DNA from: Candidatus Micrarchaeota archaeon
GTDB taxonomy: Archaea > Micrarchaeota > Micrarchaeia > Anstonellales > Anstonellaceae
NCBI GenBank assembly: GCA_013331805.1
Contig: DUFS01000012.1
Span: 1 to 31,989 of the forward strand
Direction: 5' to 3'
DNA length: 31,989 bases
The translations under genes and the position numbers were made by a program. Positions 17,339 through 26,728 of this stretch are shown here, in pieces. The notes under the pieces are model-generated. The model worked only from the letters and a program-made list of their open reading frames with translations. It was not told the DNA's origin and searched no databases. How positions within the stretch are numbered: the first letter of the stretch is position 1; each line of letters begins with the position of its first letter.

Positions 17339-17872
17339 ATGGGAAAAACCATCGCAATGAAAGGGCAGCTTCTTTCTACAGAGGTGGTGCTTGCCTTCAG
17401 CATGTTCCTTGCCGCGCTTGTGGTCTTCCTGCTTTCCTGGAGCTTCATCTCCTACTCATTTGCTTCGCAGGAGGAGGAACTGCAGATGCAACTGGCGCTG
17501 TCCGGCATTTCCGATGCGCTCGTGCTTTCGCCAGGCGACCCGTCAGACTGGGAATCCACAGTTAAGGAGAACGCAAGCTCATTTGGGCTTGCTTCTGAAA
17601 AAAACGTGCTTTCGGATCAGAAACTGTCCGCGTTGCAATCCCTGAACCAAACGCAATACGACGCTGTCCGGGAAAAAATGGGCGCAGGGCGCCACCAGGT
17701 TTACATAGAGGCGCGCTCAGGCAACGGGACGCTATTTTACAGCTTTGGAAGGAAATCCGGTCAAATGAACGGTTCGATCGCATCAGTGACTTCCGAGCGG
17801 ATGGCCATCCTAAACGATTCGATTGCCATTCTCAAGGTGGAAATCTGGAGGCAAAAAGGGGCTTTTGCATGA
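17339..17872 (+). CDS. Minor pilin-like protein
   Basis: MKG|QLLSTE followed by a hydrophobic helix; LVLSPGDPSDWE motif. Start 17339 or 17357. Confidence 0.8.
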   Translation: MGKTIAMKGQLLSTEVVLAFSMFLAALVVFLLSWSFISYSFASQEEELQMQLALSGISDALVLSPGDPSDWESTVKENASSFGLASEKNVLSDQKLSALQSLNQTQYDAVREKMGAGRHQVYIEARSGNGTLFYSFGRKSGQMNGSIASVTSERMAILNDSIAILKVEIWRQKGAFA

Positions 17873-18948
17873 TTGGGAAATCACTATCGTGCATGAGGGG
17901 GGTGTTCCTGTCCCTCGATTCAATAGCCGCGATGCTCCTTCTTTTCATAGTGGTTCTGATTTCATTTTCATACGTTTGGGCGCCCAAGAGCGCAACCTAC
18001 GAATCGCTTTCCCTTCGGGCAAGCGCGCAGGACGCGGCCACTGTGATGGAAAAGCTGGGCTACCTCCCTTCCCCCCTGGAATCCGCCAACAGCTCTGGAA
18101 CGCAGGGCATTTCCGAGGTTATCTCTTCCCTTCCTTCATCGGTTTGTATGGCGGTCGCATCCTACGGCGAGATTGTCAGCGAAGGCTTGGAGGGCTATTG
18201 GAAGCTCAATGAGGCATTCGGAAGCTCAGCGGCAGACCATTCCCAAAACGGCTTTACGGGCTCGCTCAAAGGCGGCGCTTCGTTCATTGACCCGGGCCTT
18301 TCAGGAAGCTCGGTATCTTTTGATGGGGAAGACGAAAGCCAGGTGGATACCGCCCAGAGCACAAAGCTTGAGCCGCAAAAAATCACTGTTTCAGCCTGGG
18401 TGAAGCCTCATGAGGACGGGGCAGAGGCCAGCCTTGTTGAAAGGGCAGGTGGCTACGGGCTTGGCCTTGATTTGAATTCAAAGCCTACTTTCTGGATCAA
18501 TGTTGGCGGCTCTGTTGACTCAATATCCGCGCCCAATACAGTCCAGCCAGGAAGGTGGACGCACATCAGCGGCACATTTGACAACACAACAAGGAACCTT
18601 TCGATATATGTGGACGGGAACCTTTCCAACAGCGCCATTAATGCAAACAACCTGGTTTACGGCACTCCGGGTGCGGGCAAAACCGCGGCAGTGACATTGG
18701 CAAGCGACCCCTTTGATGGGGAACTGGATGACATTCGGATCTACAGCAGGGCGCTTGAGGCATGGGAGGTGGCGCAGATCTATTCTAACAAGGACAACCT
18801 GCTTTACGTGATTGAAATGCCAGGCTGCCTTTACTCAGGCGGCGAAATACAGTCAGTTGTTGTGCCATTCGCCCATAACGCGAACCAGAACGAAAACAAA
18901 TATTACCATGCGGTCATAAAGGCATGGTTCAGGGGGACAAGGCAATGA
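17869..18948 (+). CDS. Minor pilin-like protein with inserted LamG (ConA-like) domain
   Basis: MRG|VFLSLD followed by a hydrophobic helix; GYWKLNE, SFDG, TVSAWVKP, WTHI, YVDG and DDIRIYSRAL motifs. Confidence 0.85.
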   Translation: MIGKSLSCMRGVFLSLDSIAAMLLLFIVVLISFSYVWAPKSATYESLSLRASAQDAATVMEKLGYLPSPLESANSSGTQGISEVISSLPSSVCMAVASYGEIVSEGLEGYWKLNEAFGSSAADHSQNGFTGSLKGGASFIDPGLSGSSVSFDGEDESQVDTAQSTKLEPQKITVSAWVKPHEDGAEASLVERAGGYGLGLDLNSKPTFWINVGGSVDSISAPNTVQPGRWTHISGTFDNTTRNLSIYVDGNLSNSAINANNLVYGTPGAGKTAAVTLASDPFDGELDDIRIYSRALEAWEVAQIYSNKDNLLYVIEMPGCLYSGGEIQSVVVPFAHNANQNENKYYHAVIKAWFRGTRQ

Positions 18949-20447
18949 GCGAAAAACAGGGATTCACATTCACCATTTCCATGCTCCTTTTGTGCCTTAC
19001 CTTAATCTCCATGGCTGCGTACGCCCCTGAGTGGAGGAAAAGCCAGCTCGATTCATTTGCCTTGTCCTTGCCATTCGAAGGCTTAAGGCTGCAGGAGAGG
19101 ATTTCAGCAGGAGTTGCAGAACTCCTTGGGGCAGACGCATCAGTGCGGAAAAATATCTCGGGCGTTGTATCCACAAGAATATCGGGCAGTTTCCCGTTCA
19201 AGAAGGAGGGCGAGCCGATTGCCAGGATAGACGAATATGCGAACAGCCTTCCCTATTCGTTGCGCGGAACTGGAGCCGAGCCCTTGCTTTCCGCAAACAG
19301 CCTGGTGGGGAGCAATGCCACGGTAATGGTAATTTCAGGCACAGGCAGCCTGGTTTACAATAATGACGGCTTCCAGGACATGGCAACTTACTACCACCCG
19401 GGCGGTTGGGCGCCCTCATCAATAAATTTTTCGATAAATTGCATCAAGCCAGCAGGAGAAGCCGGGTCGCTTTCTATTCAGGAGGACGGCGTTTCGCCCG
19501 GCCCTGCCTATTACATCGTGTACGGCGATGCTTCAAGCTATTCCTTGCTTGTTGAAAATACAACGGCAAATGAGGGGAATGCGTCCTTTGGCTTGTCATT
19601 TGAGGACGGAACCTCCATTTCATTCGAATCAATAGTGTCATCAACAGCTTCCAGCAATTACACGCAATTGACATACACCAAGAGCCCCAAGGGGTTCCTG
19701 ATACTTCCCTTTGAGCAGAACGCCTCAATAGGCGAAGGCCAGGTTCGCGATTACTCTGAGCGTGCGAACAATATGACACTTGGCGGAGGAAACACGGACT
19801 TTGCCCCTGCTTGGACTGAAGAAGGATGCAGGCTCGGAGCCTGCTATTCCTTTGACGGTTCGAATGACTTCATAAACAGGACGGACTTTTCCCTGACCGA
19901 AACACAGTTGGAATTCCGGCAGGGCTTGGACCGGATACTGAATGGAGGGCTGGAAAACCACACCAACAATACAGATGATGGCATTACGGATTCTTGGGCA
20001 AACTGGACATTGAACGGTTCAGCAATATTCGATTCCACAACAATAAGCGTCTCTGGGCATGCCATGAAAATATCCTCAGGAACCGCCGGGAATTTCACGC
20101 AGCAGCAAATAAGCATGCTCGAAAACGTCCCCTACACGCTTTCCTTCTTCACCAAAAGCGCAAGTGGCACGGGCTCAGGAAGCTATGCAATATATGACGC
20201 AGCTGCAGACCGCTATCTCCAGGCAGATGGAAACTGGGGCAGCGAATACTTCTTTGATACGGGGGTCACTGCAACGATTTACACCCAAGTTTCAAGGCAA
20301 TTTTCCATGCCAGCGGGCTCCAATGCAGTGCAAATAAGGCTCGCCCCCTCAGAGGGCGACCAAGTATTTTTTGACAGCATCATCCTTCGCCAGTCAGTTG
20401 GATTGAACGGAGGATTCGAATATTATTTCCCTGACACGACAAACTGA
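18945..20447 (+). CDS. Minor pilin/adhesin with N-terminal part of a LamG domain and a CBM4/9-like domain
   Basis: KQG|FTFT followed by a hydrophobic helix; LILPFE...DYS...CYSFDGSNDF; LNGGLE...YTLSF...FFDSI. Confidence 0.75.
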   Translation: MSEKQGFTFTISMLLLCLTLISMAAYAPEWRKSQLDSFALSLPFEGLRLQERISAGVAELLGADASVRKNISGVVSTRISGSFPFKKEGEPIARIDEYANSLPYSLRGTGAEPLLSANSLVGSNATVMVISGTGSLVYNNDGFQDMATYYHPGGWAPSSINFSINCIKPAGEAGSLSIQEDGVSPGPAYYIVYGDASSYSLLVENTTANEGNASFGLSFEDGTSISFESIVSSTASSNYTQLTYTKSPKGFLILPFEQNASIGEGQVRDYSERANNMTLGGGNTDFAPAWTEEGCRLGACYSFDGSNDFINRTDFSLTETQLEFRQGLDRILNGGLENHTNNTDDGITDSWANWTLNGSAIFDSTTISVSGHAMKISSGTAGNFTQQQISMLENVPYTLSFFTKSASGTGSGSYAIYDAAADRYLQADGNWGSEYFFDTGVTATIYTQVSRQFSMPAGSNAVQIRLAPSEGDQVFFDSIILRQSVGLNGGFEYYFPDTTN

Positions 20448-20453
20448 GGTGCA

Positions 20454-22898
20454 ATGAAAGTGGAAATCAAAATGGCGGCGCTGTATTCCTTTGCGGCTCT
20501 CCTAGCACTATCAGGAATTTTATTTGCCGCGCTCAACTGCACTCTTGGCGCAGGGGCAGGATGCAGCCTGGCAAGCTCATCGCCCGACTGCTGCCAGCAG
20601 GGGCTTTCCTGTTCCATACCCTTGGGGACCTGCTGCATACCCTCAAGGAGCCAGAGCTTCTCCTGCACAACCGATTCAGACTGCTGCCTGGGCAAATGCG
20701 AAAACTCCACCTGCGTTTCGCAGTGGGGCTGCGGCTCAGTGTGCGCGGAGTCAAACGAATGCGCTCCTGGCTGCCCAGTGTGCGCCGCGCCCTCAGGAGG
20801 CGGCTCGTCCGTCTGCAGCTCATGCATACTTGACGGAAGCTCCACAAGCTGCACCTCAAGCTCGCAGTGCTGCGGGGGAAGATGCAACCCTGGCACAAGC
20901 CTCTGTGAATTATGCTACGGCATCAATGTGACCTGCTCAAGGGGCTCTGACTGCTGCTCAGGAAGGTGCGAAAAGCCGCTTGCAAACGAAAGCGGCAGGT
21001 GCGCCCAGGCATTCAACCTGAGCTTTTCAGGAGGCCCATGTGCAGACAACTCAAGCTGCCGCTCTTCTCCGGCAAGCCTGAACACTCTTTTCTGCGACCT
21101 GCTCAATCCCAACCCTTCAAACCAATCGCCTGGCGTTTGCAGAAGCTGCATACCTGATGGTTTTGCATGCAATGCTTCTTCCAGCCTTTGCACTTCTGCC
21201 TATGAATGCAGGGCAGCCCCAAGCATGGGTCCCGGCAACTATTCCCTCAATGACACAGGAGGATCAGCGACTCCAATAATCGCGAACTGGGTGAAGAACG
21301 GAACAGGAAGAATCAGCCTGGACACGACAAATGAGCGCACTGGCTCTGCCTGCCTCTACCTTGAATCAGGCGGGAGTGACTCCTACATTTACAATTCGCA
21401 ACTGGTGCTGAAAAACAGCTCAAAATACTTGCTCGAGTTTTGGTACCTGAATGATGCCCCAAGGTATGCAATATATGATGCCAATAATGACGCCTATCTT
21501 TCCTCAAATGGCGGGTGGGTTTTCAGCCCGCTGAATGGAAGTTACGAAAGCCCGATCGTTTTGAGCGCAGGAGTCAATTCGGCAAGTTACAAGCGCTTTT
21601 CGAGAAATTTCAGCACGCTTGCGCACAACGTTTCCCACGTGCAGGTCCGCCTTTACCCCCCTTCTTCCGGAAGCTCCTACGTTGACGACTTTTCGGTCAC
21701 GGAAATGCACGACTTATCCATGCTGGTCTGGGTGAAGCTTCCCTCCCTTGACGATGGCAGCCTTTTTTCCAAGCTTGGGACCGAGAACGGATCATACCAG
21801 GGGATGAATTGGAAGGTGGACAATCAGGGGAAGCTTATCATGGGGCTATATAGTGCGTATCCGCTGGGCTGGGCAAACATTTCCCCAAGCGCGAACATTT
21901 CAGACGCCGACTGGCATTTGGCAGCGCTTACTGTGGACCGCATGGGCAATTACACTGCCTATCTGGATGGCGAAGAAATTGAAACCGGGGCTTTCACGCT
22001 TGGCAGGATGAATAATAGCGCCGCGTTCCAAATCGGGAATGGCGATTCTGGTTACTTCTCGGGCAAGCTGGACGAGGTCCGTTTCTACCAGCGGGCGCTT
22101 ACCTCCGCAGAAGTCCGAGGCCATTATATTGGCAATTACCAGGACAGGTGCCTTTTCAACTTGACATCGATTTATTCGTCTGCGCCTGGATTTTCCCCTG
22201 CCAGCTATAACGCATACCTTCGAGTTCGGACAGCCCTTCCGGACACAGTGCTTTACCTGCCATTCGATACGAATGTCTCCTCAGATGCGATTGGGAAAAT
22301 AATTGATTACTCCCCCATGCTCACGCCTGGCACGAAATCAGGGGCGAGGTGGACCGCAAGCGGCTGGTCAGGCGGCGCCTACAATTTCACGTCCCTCTCG
22401 GACAACAAAATTACCGTCATGTCGCCCGTATTAGAGGGTGGAATTGATTTCACGCTGGCTGCCTGGATCTACCCAACAAGCACAACAGGCCCGCATTACA
22501 TAATGGGCAACCTTGGCTCGGCAAACCCGGACGGCGCCGCGCTCATCATCGACTCCGGCCAGCTTGTCTTTTATGCGGCAGGAAAATCGATAGCAAGCAG
22601 CTTGAACCTCTCGGCAAGCCAATGGTATCACGTTTCAGCCACCAGGTTCCGCGGAAACGGCACCCTTTACATAAACGGCGCTGCATCAGGAAGCGGTGAC
22701 GCATCCGGGCAGGTAGGCGGGTCGGGCAACTTTTCCATTGGCGCTGGGCCGGACTATTCTGGCGAGGGCTTTGGAGGGCTTATAGACGAGCCGCGGGCCA
22801 TTGCAAAGGCGCTTTCGGCGCAGGAAATCTCCGCGCTTTACAAGGACGGATACCTCCTGGTCAACGGGACGCTTCCCCCCTCGAAAATGAGGGGCTGA
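20454..22898 (+). CDS. Secreted Cys-rich / CBM-like / LamG adhesin
   Basis: N-terminal hydrophobic segment; C-x5-CC-x3-C repeats; a partial LamG followed by a complete LamG; many N-x-S/T sequons. Confidence 0.8.
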   Translation: MKVEIKMAALYSFAALLALSGILFAALNCTLGAGAGCSLASSSPDCCQQGLSCSIPLGTCCIPSRSQSFSCTTDSDCCLGKCENSTCVSQWGCGSVCAESNECAPGCPVCAAPSGGGSSVCSSCILDGSSTSCTSSSQCCGGRCNPGTSLCELCYGINVTCSRGSDCCSGRCEKPLANESGRCAQAFNLSFSGGPCADNSSCRSSPASLNTLFCDLLNPNPSNQSPGVCRSCIPDGFACNASSSLCTSAYECRAAPSMGPGNYSLNDTGGSATPIIANWVKNGTGRISLDTTNERTGSACLYLESGGSDSYIYNSQLVLKNSSKYLLEFWYLNDAPRYAIYDANNDAYLSSNGGWVFSPLNGSYESPIVLSAGVNSASYKRFSRNFSTLAHNVSHVQVRLYPPSSGSSYVDDFSVTEMHDLSMLVWVKLPSLDDGSLFSKLGTENGSYQGMNWKVDNQGKLIMGLYSAYPLGWANISPSANISDADWHLAALTVDRMGNYTAYLDGEEIETGAFTLGRMNNSAAFQIGNGDSGYFSGKLDEVRFYQRALTSAEVRGHYIGNYQDRCLFNLTSIYSSAPGFSPASYNAYLRVRTALPDTVLYLPFDTNVSSDAIGKIIDYSPMLTPGTKSGARWTASGWSGGAYNFTSLSDNKITVMSPVLEGGIDFTLAAWIYPTSTTGPHYIMGNLGSANPDGAALIIDSGQLVFYAAGKSIASSLNLSASQWYHVSATRFRGNGTLYINGAASGSGDASGQVGGSGNFSIGAGPDYSGEGFGGLIDEPRAIAKALSAQEISALYKDGYLLVNGTLPPSKMRG

Positions 22899-22940
22899 GG
22901 CAACGCAAGTATTATTAAATTCACAAACGAGGCTCTTCCC

Positions 22941-24701
22941 ATGTTTGAGACTAAGATAGACCAGCTCGTGCAGTTAATCCAGAAAAGGAAAAGCGTAGGC
23001 CTTGAGGCATTGGCAAAGCAGCTGCAAATGCCGCCCCAGACCGTGGAGCTGATTTGCGCGGTGCTGGAAAAGGGCGGGCTATTGGACCTCAATTACCCGA
23101 TCAACATCACCGAAAAGCCCACGGTTGTTTTCCGCCTCCTTCCTATGGAGCCCCCCCAGGCGGAAGAGAGTATGGGCAGGGGAAAGACGATCTCAAGCTA
23201 CTCTTTCACCGCTGACGGCGTCCCTGCAAGCGTGGTGATCACCGATTCGGAGAAGGAAAAGTATTACGCGATATCGCTCATGGAGTTCGGCACAGCCACG
23301 AAAATCTTCCTGGACCTCATAAAGGACGAACTATTGAGGGCTCTTCCGGCAAGCGTGCAGAACGAGGTTTCTGACGTGGAGAAAGCGGCTGCGGTGCGGG
23401 AGGAATTCCGCTCCCTGATTGCCAAGTACCTTTCCCAGTTCAGGCTGGGCAAGGAGGCCGAGGACGTTCTTGTAGGGATGCTCCTGCACAAGCTGTTCGG
23501 CCTTGGCGAAATGGACATGCTCAACCAGGACGACTGGCTGGAGGAAATAATCATCAACAACTCCAAGGCGCCCCTTGGCGTCTATCACAGGAGGTTCGGC
23601 TGGCTCAAGACCAACATCTTCATGCCTGACGAGGAGTCGATATTCAACTATGCCTCGCAAATCGGGCGCAGGGTGGGAAAGCAGATCGCGGTGCTCACCC
23701 CCATCCTTGATGCGAGGCTGGAGACCGGCGACCGCGTTTGCGCCACGCTGATGCCCATCTCCTCGCACGGCAACACGCTCACCATCCGCCGTTTTGCCAG
23801 GAATCCCTGGACAGTGGGCAACCTGGTGGGCGATCCGGGCTACTCCATGACGCCTGAAATGGCAGGCATGCTCTGGCAGGCGATCCACTACGAAATGAAC
23901 ATCATCATCGCAGGCGGCACGGCATCCGGGAAAACCACTGCCCTGAACGCGCTTGCATCGTTCATCCCGCCGAACCAGAGGATTGTCACAATAGAGGACA
24001 CCCGCGAAATCGTGCTGCCCCCCTACCAGTGGAACTGGGTGCCGCTGCTCACGCGCAACCAGAATGCCGAAGGCTTGGGCGAAGTGTCCATGCTGGACCT
24101 GATGATTACATCCCTGCGTATGCGGCCTGACCGCATTGTCCTTGGCGAAATGAGGAGGCAGCGCGAGGCAGAGGTGCTTTTCGAGGCAATGCACACAGGG
24201 CACTCCGTCTGTTCCACGCTGCACGCCGACACGGGCATACAGGCATTGCGCAGGCTGACCACCCCGCCCATAGATCTTCCGCCCTCTGACCTCGACGCCA
24301 TCAACCTCCTGGTGGTGCAGTACCGCGACCGCAGGAAGAACATCCGCCGCACGCTTGAAATCTGCGAGATAAATACCGGAGCAAAGGACGCCGACCTAAC
24401 GACAAACGTGGTCTATAGGTGGCGCCCCAGGACCGACACTTTCGACATGGTGGGCGAGCCGAACAAGTACCTCAAGGAGCTCAACCTGCACACAGGCATG
24501 ACCAAGGAGGAAATATTCGCAGACATAAAGAACCGCGCCACCATAATCAAGTGGATGATAAACAACAAGCTTACGGACATAGAGTCGGTGGGCAGGATTA
24601 TGGCGCTTTATTACGCAAAGCCGAAAGAAGTGCTGGAAATCGCCAAGAAATCCGGGGCGGAAAAGTCAGAGCTCAAAAAGGCCGCGCCCGAGGCAGCCTG
24701 A
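22941..24701 (+). CDS. Type II/IV secretion (pilus assembly) ATPase, TadA/VirB11-like
   Basis: Walker A GGTASGKTT, Asp box TIEDTRE, LRMRPDRIVLGE, His box HTGH...TLHAD. Confidence 0.95.
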   Translation: MFETKIDQLVQLIQKRKSVGLEALAKQLQMPPQTVELICAVLEKGGLLDLNYPINITEKPTVVFRLLPMEPPQAEESMGRGKTISSYSFTADGVPASVVITDSEKEKYYAISLMEFGTATKIFLDLIKDELLRALPASVQNEVSDVEKAAAVREEFRSLIAKYLSQFRLGKEAEDVLVGMLLHKLFGLGEMDMLNQDDWLEEIIINNSKAPLGVYHRRFGWLKTNIFMPDEESIFNYASQIGRRVGKQIAVLTPILDARLETGDRVCATLMPISSHGNTLTIRRFARNPWTVGNLVGDPGYSMTPEMAGMLWQAIHYEMNIIIAGGTASGKTTALNALASFIPPNQRIVTIEDTREIVLPPYQWNWVPLLTRNQNAEGLGEVSMLDLMITSLRMRPDRIVLGEMRRQREAEVLFEAMHTGHSVCSTLHADTGIQALRRLTTPPIDLPPSDLDAINLLVVQYRDRRKNIRRTLEICEINTGAKDADLTTNVVYRWRPRTDTFDMVGEPNKYLKELNLHTGMTKEEIFADIKNRATIIKWMINNKLTDIESVGRIMALYYAKPKEVLEIAKKSGAEKSELKKAAPEAA

Positions 24702-24727
24702 AGGGCAGAGGCAACCGGCTGGTAAAC

Positions 24728-25627
24728 ATGAAAATCAAGCGTATCCCCTTCATGCTTCTTCCTCTTTCAAGCGCGCACACCATGGGCTCCAGGTTCAGGG
24801 GCGTCGGCATCAGGATATTGGGATTCTACCCGGGCGTGCGATACGACCTGAGGGCAGTAGGCTTTGATGAGCCGCCTGAAAACTACTGCACCATCGCCTT
24901 CTTTTCGGCAATGGTCTGGTCCGTATTGGTGACGATCGTGGTCACCATGATAATGCTGGTTGCCGGCGGCACCCTGCCCCTGCCGGTCAAGATCCTGGTC
25001 CCTTTTCTTACCTCGTTTATCATGACGTTCCTTGTGCTTATTGTGCACCTTGCCTATCCCAAGATAATCTCGGGCGGCATATCGGCAAAGGAGGACCGCG
25101 AGCTGATCTTCGCAATGAGGGACATGCTGATACAGATATCCTCGGGCGTCCCCTTCTTCAACGTTGTGGAAAATATTGGCAATTCGAACTACGAATACCT
25201 TTCCGATGAGTTCAAGGACATCACCAACAAGGTGAAGGCAGGCTCCCCGCTGCTTGATGAAATAGAGAGCATGGCGATCCGCACCCAGTCCGAGTACCTG
25301 AAAAAAACCTCCTGGCAGCTGGTGACCGCGATACGCACCGGCGCCAACCTCACACAAACCCTGAAAAGCATAGTAAAGGTCCTGGTGGACTACCAGTTCT
25401 CGCTTTCAAAGTCCTTCAATGCCGAGCTCAACTTCATCATACTCGTCTACCTCATGACAGCCGCTGTGCTGCCCACCATCGGCACCACTGTGCTCGTAAT
25501 TTTCTCGGTGTTCGGAATGCTGGGCATCACAAGCGAGGTTTTCCTCGGGATAATCTTCCTGAGCTTTTTCGGGCAGATGGGAATAATCGCATATGTGAAC
25601 TCCAAGAGGCCGAACATATTCGCATGA
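24728..25627 (+). CDS. Type II secretion F-domain (TadB/TadC-like) membrane platform protein
   Basis: TM pair, then ELIFAMRDM...SSGVP...LSDEF and AIRTGANL, then C-terminal TMs. Start at ATG 24728. Confidence 0.88.
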   Translation: MKIKRIPFMLLPLSSAHTMGSRFRGVGIRILGFYPGVRYDLRAVGFDEPPENYCTIAFFSAMVWSVLVTIVVTMIMLVAGGTLPLPVKILVPFLTSFIMTFLVLIVHLAYPKIISGGISAKEDRELIFAMRDMLIQISSGVPFFNVVENIGNSNYEYLSDEFKDITNKVKAGSPLLDEIESMAIRTQSEYLKKTSWQLVTAIRTGANLTQTLKSIVKVLVDYQFSLSKSFNAELNFIILVYLMTAAVLPTIGTTVLVIFSVFGMLGITSEVFLGIIFLSFFGQMGIIAYVNSKRPNIFA

Positions 25628-25636
25628 GCTGGTAAC

Positions 25637-26674
25637 ATGGCAAGATACGTTATTGACAAGCGCTTTTCCACTTTCTTTAGGCCAAGGACCAAGGACCGCA
25701 TTGCCCAGCTGCTCACCTTTGCGGGCGTGGAAACCAGCCCTGAAGTCTGGATAGGCTCACGGATACTTATAGTTCTCCTTTTCGGCCTGGTGGGCGCGAT
25801 AATACCTTTTTCCGTCCTGCAATACATCGATCTTTCGGCATACCCGATATTGAAAGACCCCACCTTGCCTGCCCGGATAATCCTGAGCTTTGTTACCGCA
25901 GCGGCATTCTCGGTAATCGCAGGCATACTCATCTACATGCACCTCTATTACCTGGTCACCGAGCGCACGCAGAGGGTCGAAAGGGTGCTTCCTGACTTCC
26001 TTTTGATGGTCGCAGCCAACCTCCGGTCCGGCATGACGCCGTTTTCAGCCTTCCAGGCATCCTCCAGGCCGGAATTCGGGCCGTTGCAGTCGGAAATCAT
26101 ATACGTTTCCAGCCGCTCGCTCGGAAGCGAGTCCTTTTCCGAGGCGCTTCGGGGGCTCACCACCACGATCGACTCGGCCATGCTTCGGCGCATGATTGCA
26201 TTCTTTGAGAACGAACTCAAGTCAGGAGGGAAGCTGGCGCACTTGCTGGAGACCTCTGCAGAGGAAATCCGGGAGACCGAGGAAATAAAGCGCCAGATGA
26301 TGATAGCCACCAAATCCTACGCGATATTCCTGGGGTTCATACTGGTATTCGGTCTGCCGCTTCTTCTTTCGATCTCCACGCAGTTCCTTTCCATATTCAC
26401 CGATTTCCAGAAGAACATAGTCGCAACAGGTGACACGGCCAAAATCGCCGGCCTATCCTCCCCCAAGCTATCGGTGGACTCGGGCTTCATAGAAGCCATG
26501 GCATTCGTGATAATAGTCGGCACATCCATCCTGACCTCTGTCCTCATCGGCGTCATCGGGGAGGGCAAGATACTCTACGGGCTCAAGTTTTTCCCCCCGC
26601 TAGCCTTGGGCTCCATCGTCATGTTCATCATATTCAAGACGGTCATCTCGGGCTTCGTGGGAGAGCTCATCTGA
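25637..26674 (+). CDS. Type II secretion F-domain (TadC-like) membrane platform protein
   Basis: LPDFLLMVAANLRSGMTP...EFGPL and SGGKLA.LL motifs. Confidence 0.9.
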   Translation: MARYVIDKRFSTFFRPRTKDRIAQLLTFAGVETSPEVWIGSRILIVLLFGLVGAIIPFSVLQYIDLSAYPILKDPTLPARIILSFVTAAAFSVIAGILIYMHLYYLVTERTQRVERVLPDFLLMVAANLRSGMTPFSAFQASSRPEFGPLQSEIIYVSSRSLGSESFSEALRGLTTTIDSAMLRRMIAFFENELKSGGKLAHLLETSAEEIRETEEIKRQMMIATKSYAIFLGFILVFGLPLLLSISTQFLSIFTDFQKNIVATGDTAKIAGLSSPKLSVDSGFIEAMAFVIIVGTSILTSVLIGVIGEGKILYGLKFFPPLALGSIVMFIIFKTVISGFVGELI

Positions 26675-26728
26675 GAAGCACCCTGTGTGCAAGAAGCGCT
26701 TATTAATTTTCTTCTCCGAAGAATCGCC

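Noticed and set aside
15303..22898. Diversity-generating retroelement acting on the adhesins
   Set aside because: No reverse transcriptase and no template/variable repeat pair differing at adenines was seen; similarity between pilin paralogs is ordinary divergence.
23331..24224. Long antisense ORFs (this one, also 7502-8395 and 9015-9734)
   Set aside because: They are shadows of GC3-rich real genes and show no recognisable motifs.
24419..24727. N-terminal extension of the first TadC-like ORF
   Set aside because: It overlaps the ATPase gene in another frame and reads as shadow sequence.
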